DNA of 64,000 nt. Origin: Trichodelitschia bisporula. Taxonomy: Eukaryota. Shown here piece by piece: positions 12,071 to 24,253 of the stretch. The first letter of the stretch is position 1, and every line of letters starts with the position of its first letter. The notes under the pieces were generated by a model. That model saw only the letters and a program-made list of their open reading frames with translations, was not told the origin of the DNA and searched no databases. The stretch is from contig ML996687.1 of assembly GCA_010356995.1 (NCBI GenBank), positions 1,427,803-1,491,802 on the forward strand, written 5' to 3'. The position numbers were made by a program, and so were the translations under genes.

Positions 12071-13638
12071 TCCTCTTGATGCTTATCTGGCAGGGACGTA
12101 TCTGTGACTTCTGGCAGGTGAGCTGGAGACCTTGTGGTGGCTCAATGGCGCGCGCTCTACCCCGTTTGCGAGCTTTTGCCAGGAACCAGGGACGAAACTT
12201 TGCTCGGAGCATGCGGCCGGCCGGACATTTTTCCGCCCTAAGGCTACGAGTATGGTGGTCGCAGTGTGAGGGAGAGGATCACGAAATATTCCAGCACGCT
12301 TCTCTTCGCTTGGATGAGGCTTTCCGTCGTCAAAGTTGTTTTCTCTACCCTTTTGCAGCGGCACAGCCTTCCTGCCTACTTCAGTTGAGGATAGCCGATG
12401 CATGCAGAGCCTAGAACTAAGGTTAGTTCTAGTCGATGGATTTGGGGGCGCAGCACTCGTGTTCGCGGGCAGGGTACGACATCAGGGGTAAGCTGCCATA
12501 CTTAATAGGCGAACTTGATGCATTTACGGAGGTAGGCAGCCTGATGTGCAGACGAACTCCCTTCTCCTGAGCTGTGAAAATAGGAGTGCTGCGAACACGG
12601 CGACGTTCGTTGAAATCAGCCTCCTGTGCGGCTGCATCGCCCAAAACGGACGTCACACCTCATCTCAGCAGTGGCTACACAGGCAGCTTATGTCCCCGAT
12701 AACTGACGACGTCTTTGGCATATATTCCATCAAATTATGGTCGTGCAGCTTTTTTCGCTTGCTACCGTTCCTCATCTATATATATAGTCTTCCTCGATCC
12801 TTCACTCCGGCTCCTGCACCGTGCACATGTCAAACAGGCTGTAAGGCGGCGCAACCAGAATGTCCGAGCAGGCCACGCCATAACAAGCAATATTGGCAAA
12901 TGACGTGCGGGGTCCAAGCGTCGCGGATGTTTTTGTTCCTGAATTCCGCCCTAGAGATACCTAGGAATCGTGAGCATTCCCATACTAGGTACCGTATACG
13001 TAGTAAACAAACAAAGCAATGAGCAGTGCGGGGCAACTGAAGCTTTTGGTGCCACACCATCAAGGTGCCGAGGAGCATCATGTTCGCCGAAGTGAGTGGT
13101 TCCATTGGCATTATTAAGAGAGTCAGTCGGAAAAGCAGCGCAAGAAGGCTTGCAGTCCCGGTCTCGTGCACCAGTCTTGGCTCCAGTGGGGTTGGTCCAA
13201 AACTACGCGCTAAACCTTGACAGGACGGCTGGGAGCAAGGAACCCCCTGTTCCCATCGCCTTACCTTGCTCTTTTCGTCTGATCTCTTTCTCTCTCTCCG
13301 TCCTGTCTTGACTCCGCTGTCTCTCTCTTCTCCTCTCCCTTCATTCTTGGCCCGTATCGCTCGCTCACCAACATCTCGACCATCTTCTTTTCCCTCCTCT
13401 CGCCACACCTCACCTTCGCTACCACTCCCATTCACCCTCGCTTACCACTCCGGGCCAGCAACTCCCCACCCCTCCCCACCCGTTCCCCACAGCCCGGTAT
13501 TCTCCCTCGCTATGCGGTAGCCGATCACGTCCGCTTTGCTCCCCCGCGAGCACTACCCCAAAACCTACCACTCGCTACCAATCCCCCGCTCCAACATCAA
13601 CACCAACGATCCGCAGCCATCCGGCAAACACCAGGCTG

Positions 13639-14497
13639 ATGTCCCCCAGGGTCACCAGCGGGGCTTCCCCGCTCTCCGCCATACTCCTGCTCCTCTCTAC
13701 GTTGACCCTCATACCTACCGCGACCGCCCAGGCAGTTATCGACCAGTCTAAACTACCGTCGTGCGCAGCCTCGTGTCAACTGCTGAACGCCGCACAATCA
13801 CTTTGTGTCCCACCGTCCGCGCCCGTGACGGGCCAAACCACATACCAGACATGCTTCTGCAACTCCAATTACCTCACCCCGTTTAAGACGACGCCCAATG
13901 GTGTCTGCGACTCCGAATGCTCCTCCGCCTCGGACCGCACCGCCATCCAGCAGTGGTTTCTGGGTCTATGCAACGGCGGCGCGGTCGTGACTCCGAGTAG
14001 CACAGACTCAGCAGCGGCCTCAACATCAACATCATCTTCGCCCAAGACACCCAAGGCCCCAACTTGGTCCGCCCCTCCGCCCCCTCTCCTATACCCCACT
14101 AACACCCCACAGGATATCCACTCATGCCCGTTGGGTAGCAATGGTAGTAGTCCTCTTAGTCGCCGCAATCGTAGCCATAATACTCGGTGTCTGGCTCCGG
14201 CGCCGCCACCGCCGCAAACACGACGTCACGAACTCGATGCTCGGCCCCGCCGATGCAGCTTCCGCGCTCCGCAATCGCCACCCTGACGCGCCGAGCGTAG
14301 GACACCCCCACCCGAACGTCATGATGAGCGGGGCGCGGGGACCAACACCGATGGCGGAGGCAACGCCGTATGGCCAGCCTGCGCCACAGGAGCAGCACTC
14401 CGGGGGCGTGACGGGAATTCTTGGCCGTGCAGGGTCGAGGTTGCAGAAGAAGGCGAGTCGTGGGAAGAGTATGAGGAGTCAGCGGAGTAATCGGTGA
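13639..14497 (+). CDS. Type I membrane protein with signal peptide and 8-Cys CFEM-like ectodomain
   Basis: Signal peptide, 8 Cys, S/T stalk. Intron 14067-14112 (GTCCGC..CTAAC..CAG) joins to a TM helix WVAMVVVLLVAAIVAIILGVWL followed by RRRHRRK. Confidence 0.82.
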
Positions 14498-15520
14498 TAA
14501 ACGACTGGGCGGCGGTTGTCTAATGTCCGACTTTTTGGAGAGGACGATTTTATAGGTGTGTGGTGTACATCATAGCCGATCTGTGGCTGAAACGGCTGAT
14601 TTTGCGTCATTTCTCTTTTGCGCGTGTCGTTTTTACGGGAGTCTTGGGCATGCGGATCCCGGTTTTGGACAGCGCGTTGGATCAGGTGGGCATGGTTTTG
14701 GACATTGGAAAGCGTCCTGGGAGGCAAAATAGTACAGTCTTTGCATGGAGATGGTGTCGTTTAAGGTTGTAAGGGGTTCCTGACGAGATGGAAGATAGGA
14801 GTGATATATTGACGGAGTGTGCGCTCACCTCCGGCTAGGCCACTACGCCTTATTTTAGTGTTGAATAGCATCTCGCCGCTGCATGCTCGCCGCGGCGGTC
14901 TGGTTTTTACGTTGTATTATGCCTGAGAATGGACCGGTCTCACAGGCAGCGAACAACTGGATCATAAGGTACGTAGCTCCTATTACTCTATCTAACACGT
15001 AGGCGTACCTCGCTAACCGGTACTTTAACACCGTAGCAATGGTGATACACGTCTTTGCTGCTGCTTCGCCCGAATATCTTCGTTGCATTGGCACTTACTG
15101 GCGCCCGAGATTCTCTCCCACATTGAAATGTGCACAATTCGAGTGCCGCACTCCACCAGCTGCTTGGAATGCGCTCGGATAGACACGAAGTATTCAGTCG
15201 GCTACATCGATCTCGGTGGTATACGACGACGAGAGGGGGCAAGCGAAGCAAGCGGCAAACGAAGATGTGGACGAATCGCCGGCGATGATGGTGTGTGATA
15301 ACGCCGGGAGAACTTGCGACTGTCCCGTACAAGTTGATTTGGAAGGTCCAACTGGCAGTCCCCTCGTACCTGCCCTTCTGCCCTTCAAATGCCAGTATGC
15401 CAAGGATAGATGTACTCCATGTACTCCAGGTGGTCGCAGCGGGTGCCAGCAGACCTCATTCCCACGCAGGCCTCCAGTCACTACCAAAATTGCAGACGCA
15501 GACGTAGCCCTTTCGCCTCG

Positions 15521-16640
15521 ATGTATCAATTCATCAGAACCCTCCTTGTCATGTGCGCCGTCGGTCTGGCCGCCAGTCTTCCTCAACCGAAGCATGCCAC
15601 AGCTTCCTTACAGATATACCCCGATACAAATCTAGTCCATGCGAGAATCCCGGATTCCAGTGGTTACTCCCCTAGCCCCTTGGGTCTCCCCTCGGTCTTC
15701 CGCGCCAAAATCCACAAAGTTCGACAAGCGAAGAGCCAGCCTCCGGAATGGCAAGACAACGTTTGCCGCGGGCGTAAACTCATCTCTATCATGAAGGCGG
15801 CGACTTTGGAGGAAGCAGCAGCGAGCAACGGCGGTAGAGACCTTTCGACCCCCTGGAAGGATATAAATGATGAGACCCTCACCAAGTACGGCTGGACGCT
15901 CAGGGAGCAGCGCATGGGAACTGAGGTCGCCGGAGTCGGAGAACGGAAGCTCCAAAGTGATCTAGGCATCCAGGGCGTGTCTCCCATGGGTCTTATCGCG
16001 CACCATAACAACCCCTGGACAGATGATGCGGGAGTCAAGCGAAAGGTTCGTCATCCATTATATGCTCCTTAGGTTTCGGTTTAACTGATCGCTCTGTGTT
16101 TAGGAAACCTATGGCATTTACCAAGACATCTTCAACCCTGCATTCGGACTGATTGTCGCGGTAATCATCGAAGGCCCATCGTACAGAGCCGAGGAATACG
16201 GACTTTCGCAGAGTAACGTCCCTCCTCTCAAGCAATGGGCAGATTTTGCACACCTCCTCTGGATCCGCCAATGCGAAGCTAAGGGCGTTGACCCTAAGGG
16301 ACTGCGCTACGTCATTCAAGAAAACATTGAAAACGAAGAGACAGTTGCACTCATGAACTGGGCCGTGTATTCCACTGGCCAGAAATTTCGAGGATGGAAA
16401 GACCGCGGTCCGATTTACTTCTCCGCGGATAGCGACGAAGGCGCTGCTCTCATCGGATCGGCTAACGGCCGTGGGACGGCGTGGCTCCTTGCGCAGCATA
16501 AGGACACTCTCGGCCACAAGACGATCACAAGGGTTGCCGTTTTCCTTACCGACGTGGACGGGGACAAGGACTACAGGTCGTACTCGAGCAAGATGGAGGA
16601 CATCCAGATCAACGCGCTGTACATCATCGAAAACGTGTAA
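15521..16640 (+). CDS. Secreted protein of unknown function
   Basis: Signal-like start MYQFIRTLLVMCAVGLAASLP. Intron 16046-16103 (GTTCGT..CTGAT..TAG) fuses ORFs 15410-16072 and 16353-16640 into one continuous globular-looking frame. Confidence 0.8.
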
Positions 16641-17929
16641 ACCGGAGACATATCTCGACCGCCTACGTCCGGGAAGAGCTGCAGTCTCGTCCATGTCCGT
16701 GGGACCGACTTCAAGATTGACCCGCAAGACATTGGGCAGTTGGTTTGACACATGAACAGGGTAGAAATACAGTATCGTTTCGATCTTCCGAGACGTGTGT
16801 TCGAGCTCACTTGCACGCTGAAATACAGAGATATTAAAACGTGTCTCCGTCCTATCTTTTTACTGCTTCATCTCTCCAAGCCCCCATTCTTCCTTTGATG
16901 CATCCTTTTCCCTTCTTGTCTCTCCATTTGATTGCTGGCAGTGTGATATAGTGCAATGGCATGTACCGATGGGAAGGCCGGATTGGCCGGGTCTTTTCCT
17001 ACTTCGTCAGGTTTCCAAGGCAAGGCATGCCATAGCAGCAACACCATGCTTCTTCTTCTCCTTTTCCTTCTCCACGACTCTCTTCTATTTCTTCTCGCAG
17101 TTGAATCAAGTCTCGCTCTGAGGCTTCCTCCATAACCGTGTTTACATAGGTCACACAACAGTCTCGCCTTCGAGCTCCAGCCTCCGCCGAACCCCTCATC
17201 TGAACCGCAGGCAAACGACGGCGAGTCCGACAACCGTTCGCCAAAACCAGCTCTGAAACCTCTTGCGATGAAAGCCTCGGTGCGAAGCGGCGTGTTCTCG
17301 TTATGCAGGTGCAAAGATCAGAGTTGATTATGTCCTTTGGTAACGCCTCATGACCGAAGCGGTTCTCGTAGGGTCCGGCTATGAAAATACCTGAGGCGGA
17401 ACACCGTGCTCCGAAGGCAGAGATTTGGCTTTACAACAACATGTTGCCTCCTAAACAGTTGTTGTGGACATCGGTTATGATCTCCAAGACCAAGTATCCC
17501 GTCTCGAGTGCAAGGGGATAACTCCTTGGGTTTGCGGCGACAAACGCGGAAGCTGACTTTTCCGACCAGTCAGCCAAGTGGAGTTTTACACAGAGCCAGC
17601 AACCTGTCGAAGGATTTTGCGCTCTTGCCAATACTACCGTGATATTCTGCCTTGGCACTCTCGTGGCAACTATCTCCAACGGCGCCTTCCACATGCGGAT
17701 CAAGTCGCGCCGCCGCATTTTTTTCTTTCCACCGTAGCCAATACGAGCCCCTCTCGGGCTCCTATTTTCGACAATCTGGGAGCTGCCAGCAAAATGCAAC
17801 ACCCCAAACATGCTCTTTTCTTCAGCAAGGCCCCCATATCAGCAAAGTCAAAAAAGCACACTCCTTCAACCATGTAAGTTATCGTTCTCATCACTCTAAA
17901 GTTTCGTTTGTTGAAACATCCTCAGCACC

Positions 17930-18265
17930 ATGCCATTGCCACCCTTCGTGTCGTGGAACCAGTTAAAGACTGTATTCCTCCTCGCCGAGGACGTGGGCGA
18001 TGTTCTTCAGACTCTCGAGCCCTCCCAAGACGTTGAACTCCTGTGGACTACCTTCAACGAGCTTCGCGTGGCCATCCTTGAGCGCGCGGAGGCTTACCTC
18101 TATCGCAACATTGGTGACGCCAACGACACCCTTGACCAGCGCTGGTTTCTCCTGGAGAATTTCTGTCGCGAGCGGCAAGTGCGCGACGGGCTCACCCAAC
18201 TGGCGGAGGCGGTGCTTAGCGGACCTTCCGGTGTGGGACAGATGGGGGCGGGTACTGGGCTGTAG
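17930..18265 (+). CDS. Small orphan, probably helical protein (111 aa)
   Basis: CACC-ATG context, C/G-ending codons and amphipathic sequence. Possible upstream intron 17874-17925 (GTAAGT..CAG). Confidence 0.45.
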   Translation: MPLPPFVSWNQLKTVFLLAEDVGDVLQTLEPSQDVELLWTTFNELRVAILERAEAYLYRNIGDANDTLDQRWFLLENFCRERQVRDGLTQLAEAVLSGPSGVGQMGAGTGL

Positions 18266-20284
18266 TGGCTCGCACGATGGGCTCAAGTGCGATGGCAGTG
18301 AATGGGTGTTTACGGCCAACGGCACGCTTTGTCGGATGGGCTCCGCTTTATCTTGTGGTGTGCACTCGCGCCTGGACATTCCAACCTCATGTTATTGATC
18401 TGAATAATGGTCATACCTGCTAGTCTGTCTCTCAATCAAGAGTGTTCAATAGGCTCCCATCCGTGTTCGTTGACTAGGTGATTCAATGGACTGATACCAC
18501 GACATATGAGACAGCGCATGATAGAGACATCACTTTCTCAACGTCTTAAAACGTGATCTCTGTATTTCGTTCACCGGGAGCGAACATCTTTCAAGAGATG
18601 TGAAAAGACGAACTCCTCACAGCCAGAAAGATCGTCACTACTCTGTTGGGCACAATGCTAAGCGCCAGGTCGGCTGGATGCTCGCCTACTAAGCGAGATT
18701 CCCCATCCGCATTCGGTTGAGATTCGGATTTGTTATCAAGCTCGAATACATCGTTCAAGTCGCAAGCCTCTTCCAGAAAACTTTTCCTTCGGTCAAGTCG
18801 AAAATGATTTAAAATCCACAAATAATGATGTGAAGTCACGTGGAGGGGCAAGGCCGGAGACCTCGTGGCTGCCTCCGTCAGAGAAAGGTGTCTCCCCGAC
18901 ATCACGATCTCTTTCATCTTTCCGACCGACTTCTGAGAACTCACCGAGTTCAACAGCGATTTCAACACCGTTTTATAAAGGTCGCACTGTCTCAGCTTCT
19001 AAAAGTATGAAAAGGCTCGCCAGACCTCCTTGAATCACCTCGTTTGCATTCTCCTCCGCTCCCATACTTTAACTCAGTGAGTCCCGTTTACGATCTCCAT
19101 TCAGGCTTCTTACACTTGAGGCAGTTACTCATCAATTGATGCTTGGGCGATTGCTGCACTGCGAATATTTCTCGGCTTGCATCATCACTCGCGGTTCACT
19201 CCTTCCACCTGTCACCCAGGGTGTGCCACCTCCTCGAGAACCTTGCCTATCTTCCCTGCGTATACATATTGACAACGTCCACACATTCTTCTTCTCCTCT
19301 TCCTCCACTGCTTCTAATAACCTTTGTCATATTCATATATCATGCTAGTATATGTCTTCTGTCGGCTCCGGTCGGCGCCAAGTCCCAGGTCGGAGTATGC
19401 GAGCTGGGACTATCGAACTGCAGGTCTCTCGCGGCAGCAAATTCGATGCCGGGTGAAACGCCGTTGGCTCGGTTTCCAGCGCCGCCTTGTTTGCCCGAGC
19501 GTCTCTGGTAAGTTGCTCTATCCACTTCGAGCTTTGCTCACCCCAACGCAGACTCGGAGGGTGCTGGAAAGACCTGCCTGCTCATTTCGTGTACTACGGA
19601 CAAGTTCCCAAGCGAAGATGTTCCGTTGAGACGCTGGAATACCAACATGTGTATATATTCCGGTAGGCATCTCTCGTAAGTACTCTCACATCGACTCGGG
19701 CTGCTCCTTACCTCTAAGCAGGCAAGCCCGGCAGTACTCGTGATGAGATCTCCTATATGGCCATCCACCGGTAGGAGAAGCAGACGCTAGCCGTGATTTA
19801 TTAGTGAGTGCTGATGCACTTGAAGCTGGAGAGCAAGCTGATGATCCTGCGACCAGTGATGCAAGTGAGCCACTGTTAGAGAATGCTCACGAACTCGATA
19901 TTGTTTGTGAAGCTACCCTTCCACTAGTAAGGACGGTGTGGGAGCCTGCGATTCCGTATATGCCTGAGATTCTATAAGCATCTCTCACATTGAGCGAACG
20001 GGTGCTCTACCACTCACAGCACTTACTATCGTGCTAGGCCTCAGTGATGGAGCTATAACACGTCCATCGGCTTCCGAAACTCACGAACCTCGAGCGACCT
20101 CACAATATCGGGAGCCTATCGAGTTTATATATCCTGGAGTACCCCCTCCAACGAACTTTTTCATCACCGCTCTCGAGCTATCTGCTAAAAACCTTGAAGC
20201 ACTAGCCCCTTCCAGCTCGCGCTTCGGAGGCTTTTTGATCTGATAGCATTTTTCTTCTCTCCTATAAACTTCTTCTTCGCTGAG

Positions 20285-21274
20285 ATGGCTCCCCGCCGTC
20301 CCACTAAGAAGCGGGTTGCTGCTAAGCACTGCATGGCGGCGACAGTGATAAACCATCCCCCGAAACGTCGCCGGACCAACGCCGAGGGCGCTTCCGAGCG
20401 GGTCCACACCCCGGAGTCGCATGAAGACCTCCTGACTTCACTGGAGCCGGAGCCGCTGCCAACGATCCGGCACAACCCAGATTCGTGGGCCTGGATGGAC
20501 GAGGCAACTCTGGAGAGGCATGTGGAGGCGCTGGATAGATATCCGGAGCAGCCAATGTTTATTCCGGATCCTTTCCTCATACCACCGATCCGGAGGTCAC
20601 TGGCCCGGAGGGCACCGTTCCACGCGGACGATGCCGCCACCCCGGATACGATGGAGGTCGATCCGCTCACCCCGGCTCCCGCCGAGTCGCCCGGCACACC
20701 CTCCGGGACAATGGATGTGGACGACACGGCCTCCTCCGACAACGAAGAGCTCATGTCGGACACCGAGGAAGTCCCCCCGGCCTGGCGCGTCCCTAGGCTC
20801 CGGGCCCCGCCCGCCACCATATCCGAGTGGATTTTCGGCCGCCCCTCGGCTCGCAGTAGCCCACCTCCGGCTACGATCGATCCGGTGGTGCTCTCCCGTC
20901 CCGCGGTAACGTGGGAGCCCGCGCAGCTCGAGTGTCGGTTCCCGCCAGCGGGCACCTTTAGTGTCACGCCGCCAACGAGCGAGGGACGCCGGGGTGCGAT
21001 CGCGGAGGGCATGAGGCCACGTCCGGCTCCGGCTGGAAGCTTGAGACCCGCGACGCGGCCAGGTCCTGCGCCTGGGCCTGCGCCGACGGCTGGGGCACCC
21101 GCACCTGCACCGGCGGGTAGAGGCATCACACCAGCTTCCGGGACATTCTCGGTTACGCCAGGAACTGGGCGTTTCCTTGAGCCCGGCAGCTCCTCTAGGC
21201 CTGCCCCAGCGCCAACAGATATCTGGTCTCCTAGGTCAGAGTCCACCGAGCCAGAAGATTCCGACTCCGACTAA
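20285..21274 (+). CDS. Orphan Pro-rich protein with basic NLS-like N-terminus (329 aa)
   Basis: ATG-initiated ORF with PRRPTKKR/PPKRRR. Peptide GTFSVTP is repeated at 20951 and 21140 with different synonymous codons. CTATAAA lies just upstream. Confidence 0.5.
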   Translation: MAPRRPTKKRVAAKHCMAATVINHPPKRRRTNAEGASERVHTPESHEDLLTSLEPEPLPTIRHNPDSWAWMDEATLERHVEALDRYPEQPMFIPDPFLIPPIRRSLARRAPFHADDAATPDTMEVDPLTPAPAESPGTPSGTMDVDDTASSDNEELMSDTEEVPPAWRVPRLRAPPATISEWIFGRPSARSSPPPATIDPVVLSRPAVTWEPAQLECRFPPAGTFSVTPPTSEGRRGAIAEGMRPRPAPAGSLRPATRPGPAPGPAPTAGAPAPAPAGRGITPASGTFSVTPGTGRFLEPGSSSRPAPAPTDIWSPRSESTEPEDSDSD

Positions 21275-22201
21275 CACGGTCGCAGGTGGACTCAGCGCGG
21301 GATTCGCTGGACGATCGGCCGCCAAAGGGGTTGCGCTGGGAGGACTGCTAGGGACGAGCGGGATGCTAATCCTGCTGGTCAGGCGTCTTCTAGTGCGACC
21401 TCCCCTAAATGTAATCTCACGATCACGGGAAGGGGCAGGGGCTGGCTCCTCCGGCGTTTTTTCAGCGGCTAGGATCTCGGGATCGGGCTGAGCGCGGGAC
21501 AGGGCACGGGGTGTAGAGTGTGATCTAGAAATAAAAAAACAATAAGACGACCTGATTACCAAATGATGTATCTGCTGTGAAACTGACTTATAAAGGTGAC
21601 ATTGTGACTCAAGACGGTGAAATCGCCATTCCCGACCCCACTGATGATAAAAGTGAAAGGCATCAGGTGCAAGATGGTCGCGCACATATCCCTCTAACAG
21701 AGAGTAGTTCTGGTAAGCTAAACAATATAGGAGTACATGACAGACAATGTAACGATCAGCTTGCCTGCCGAGAACTCCCTCTCGACTCCTCTTCAAGAAA
21801 GACCTCTCGTCCGGTCACGCAGCCTTGGCGTCTTGGCAGCCTTATACCTAACCCACCAGTCAAAGAATCGACTCCCCAACTCGACTGTCCCACAACCCCA
21901 CGCTAACATCTCTCACCACCAGCTTCACCAGCTTCAACACATCACACAATGAACGTAGATCCCATAACTACATACCCTTCCCACCATAAACCCCCCAAAT
22001 GCCCCCCCCAAAAAGCATCCATTACAAATACATCACACATAAGCCCCCCACCCGTTCCCCCAACCACACCAACAAAAACCCTACATACAAGCCTTTAAAA
22101 AAAAAAAACCCCGGGGTATATAATAAACGCGCCTCACCAAAATCCCAAGATCCCCTCCCCAGCCCCTTCTATCCCCTCCTCAGTCCACCCCCTCCCCACA
22201 T

Positions 22202-24218
22202 TTACTTCCTCTCAAACCCCGGCCCCCCAACCCTCTGCCCAACAAGCCCAACCCCAACCCCCATCATACTACTCTCCCTCCGATTCTTCTTCCCCGCCCC
22301 AGCACCGCCCCCTCCACCACTAACAACAACCTCCCCCCCCGCACCAACATACACACTACTATTCCGATTACTCCTTCCCCCGGCACGGGGCTGCTCCACC
22401 GTGAGTCCGCCCGCATATCCCTGCGAAGGAGGCGTCCCCCCCGCAAGAGCATTCAGACTAGCGAATGCATCGCCCGGGCCTCCTCCGCCGGTCGAGGCTT
22501 GCGCGAGGGGACGCGGGTACGTCCCATCAGCCGCCAAGTACGGTGTCTGGTACACACTTTGCTGTTGTTGCTGCGCCTGTTCGCGCTGGGCCTGCGCCTG
22601 TTCCCGCTCGCGCAACTCGCGTTGCTCGCGCGCCTGCTCACGCTGCTGCGGCGGGGGATACACACTCCCCGGCAGCCCGAGGCCCGCCCCTCCCCCGCCC
22701 ATCGTATGCCCACCCATACCCATCCCACCTCCCATACCGCCCGGCCCTCGTCCCGGCCCAATCCCGCCACTATAACTCGCCGACTGACCCTGACCCTGGG
22801 CTTGCGCCTGAGCAGCATACAACGGTTGAAAGCCCGGGAGGCTATTCGAGAATCCAGGCGTGTACAGCGGGGTAGGCAAATCCGAGAACATTTGGTGGCG
22901 GGGAGAGCGGATTGCGTCGCTTGCTTGGAGGTTATTTTGCGCTTGTTGGGCGAATTGGGGGTCGCCGGTGACTGGGGGGCCGAAGATGGAGGCGTAGTCC
23001 GTGAGGAAGAGTTGGATTAAGGGCGCGGGGATGTTGAGCGTGGGGGCGAAGACGATTGCGACTAGACCGGTTAGCTGGGTGGGGCTACAAGATGGGAGTT
23101 AGGGGACTTACCATTCCGCACATTCATCTTATTAACATCCGCATGGTCCGCCACATCCGCCAGGTACTCACACAAAAAGCTCAACAACTCCGCATTCGCA
23201 CGGGGCAGGCGATGCACCAGCGCATTAAACGCGGCAACCTTGCGGGCCCGATCATCCACATCCAGCACCTTCAAAAAATCCAAATGTAACTCCCTTGTCA
23301 GCACGCTAGCAGGCAGTTCGCGCAGATACAGCTTCAGCAACGACGCCACGGCATGCACGTCGTAGTACTCGCCGTCGAGCAGGCGGACATCGCCCTCAGC
23401 ATTGAAGCGCTCGCGCAGCGCCTTGATTACGTTCTGCGAGCCGCTGAGGCGGAAAATGCCCTCTTCGCTGATAGCCATGCGCGCTTGCAGGTACTCGATG
23501 CAGCGGAAGACGACGGCGGGGAGGTAAGCCTCCACACCTGCAGGCTGGGAAACTTCAACGGCTTCGAGGAGGGGGATGCCGAAAACAGTCCTATTTGTGG
23601 CCGGGCGTCGGAAGTCGGAAGATACGGAGCCGATGCTTTGACCATATATTTGCCCGGGAGCCAGGTCGCTCGAGCTGCGCCCGCGGAAGCCGAAGATGGA
23701 GCGCTTCTTTTCTTTTGCGGGGGTTTTGTTGCCCCATAGACCGGCGTCTTGGATCACGGTGCCGTTCGTCGGGCCCGAGATGACGATGTGGCCAGACGAG
23801 CCTTGCTCACGGTGGCGCGCACCGTTGAGGTTTGGTGAACCCATGGCTCGCTCCTTGTACAACGGCCCACGCACAGGAGTGTCACCCGGAACCGTCTCCT
23901 CGTAGCTCATACCCGGTACATAAACCTCCTCCGGCTCGGGTGTCTGCATCGTGCGCTGCGTGGGCCGCTCCTTGAGATCCCGAGAACCGGCCGAGTTCGG
24001 CCCTGAGCCGACCTTCTGGTCCTGCTTGCCCTCGTGGATGTCGACGTACTGCAGCAAAGCTTCGACCCAAGCATCGCGCTCGACGTCGCTTTCCGCGCAA
24101 AGCACGTGGCGGACAAGCGCATTCGAGTCCTTGCGCTTGGGCTCGAGAATCAAAAACGCATGCCGGTACTGATTGTCGTTCTCTTCGTCTTGGCCAACCG
24201 GAGACCCACTCTGCTGGC

Positions 24219-24253
<35 letters not shown>

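Noticed and set aside
16823..16840. U6-like ACAGAGA box
   Set aside because: Flanking sequence does not continue as U6 (no AGATTAGCATGG).
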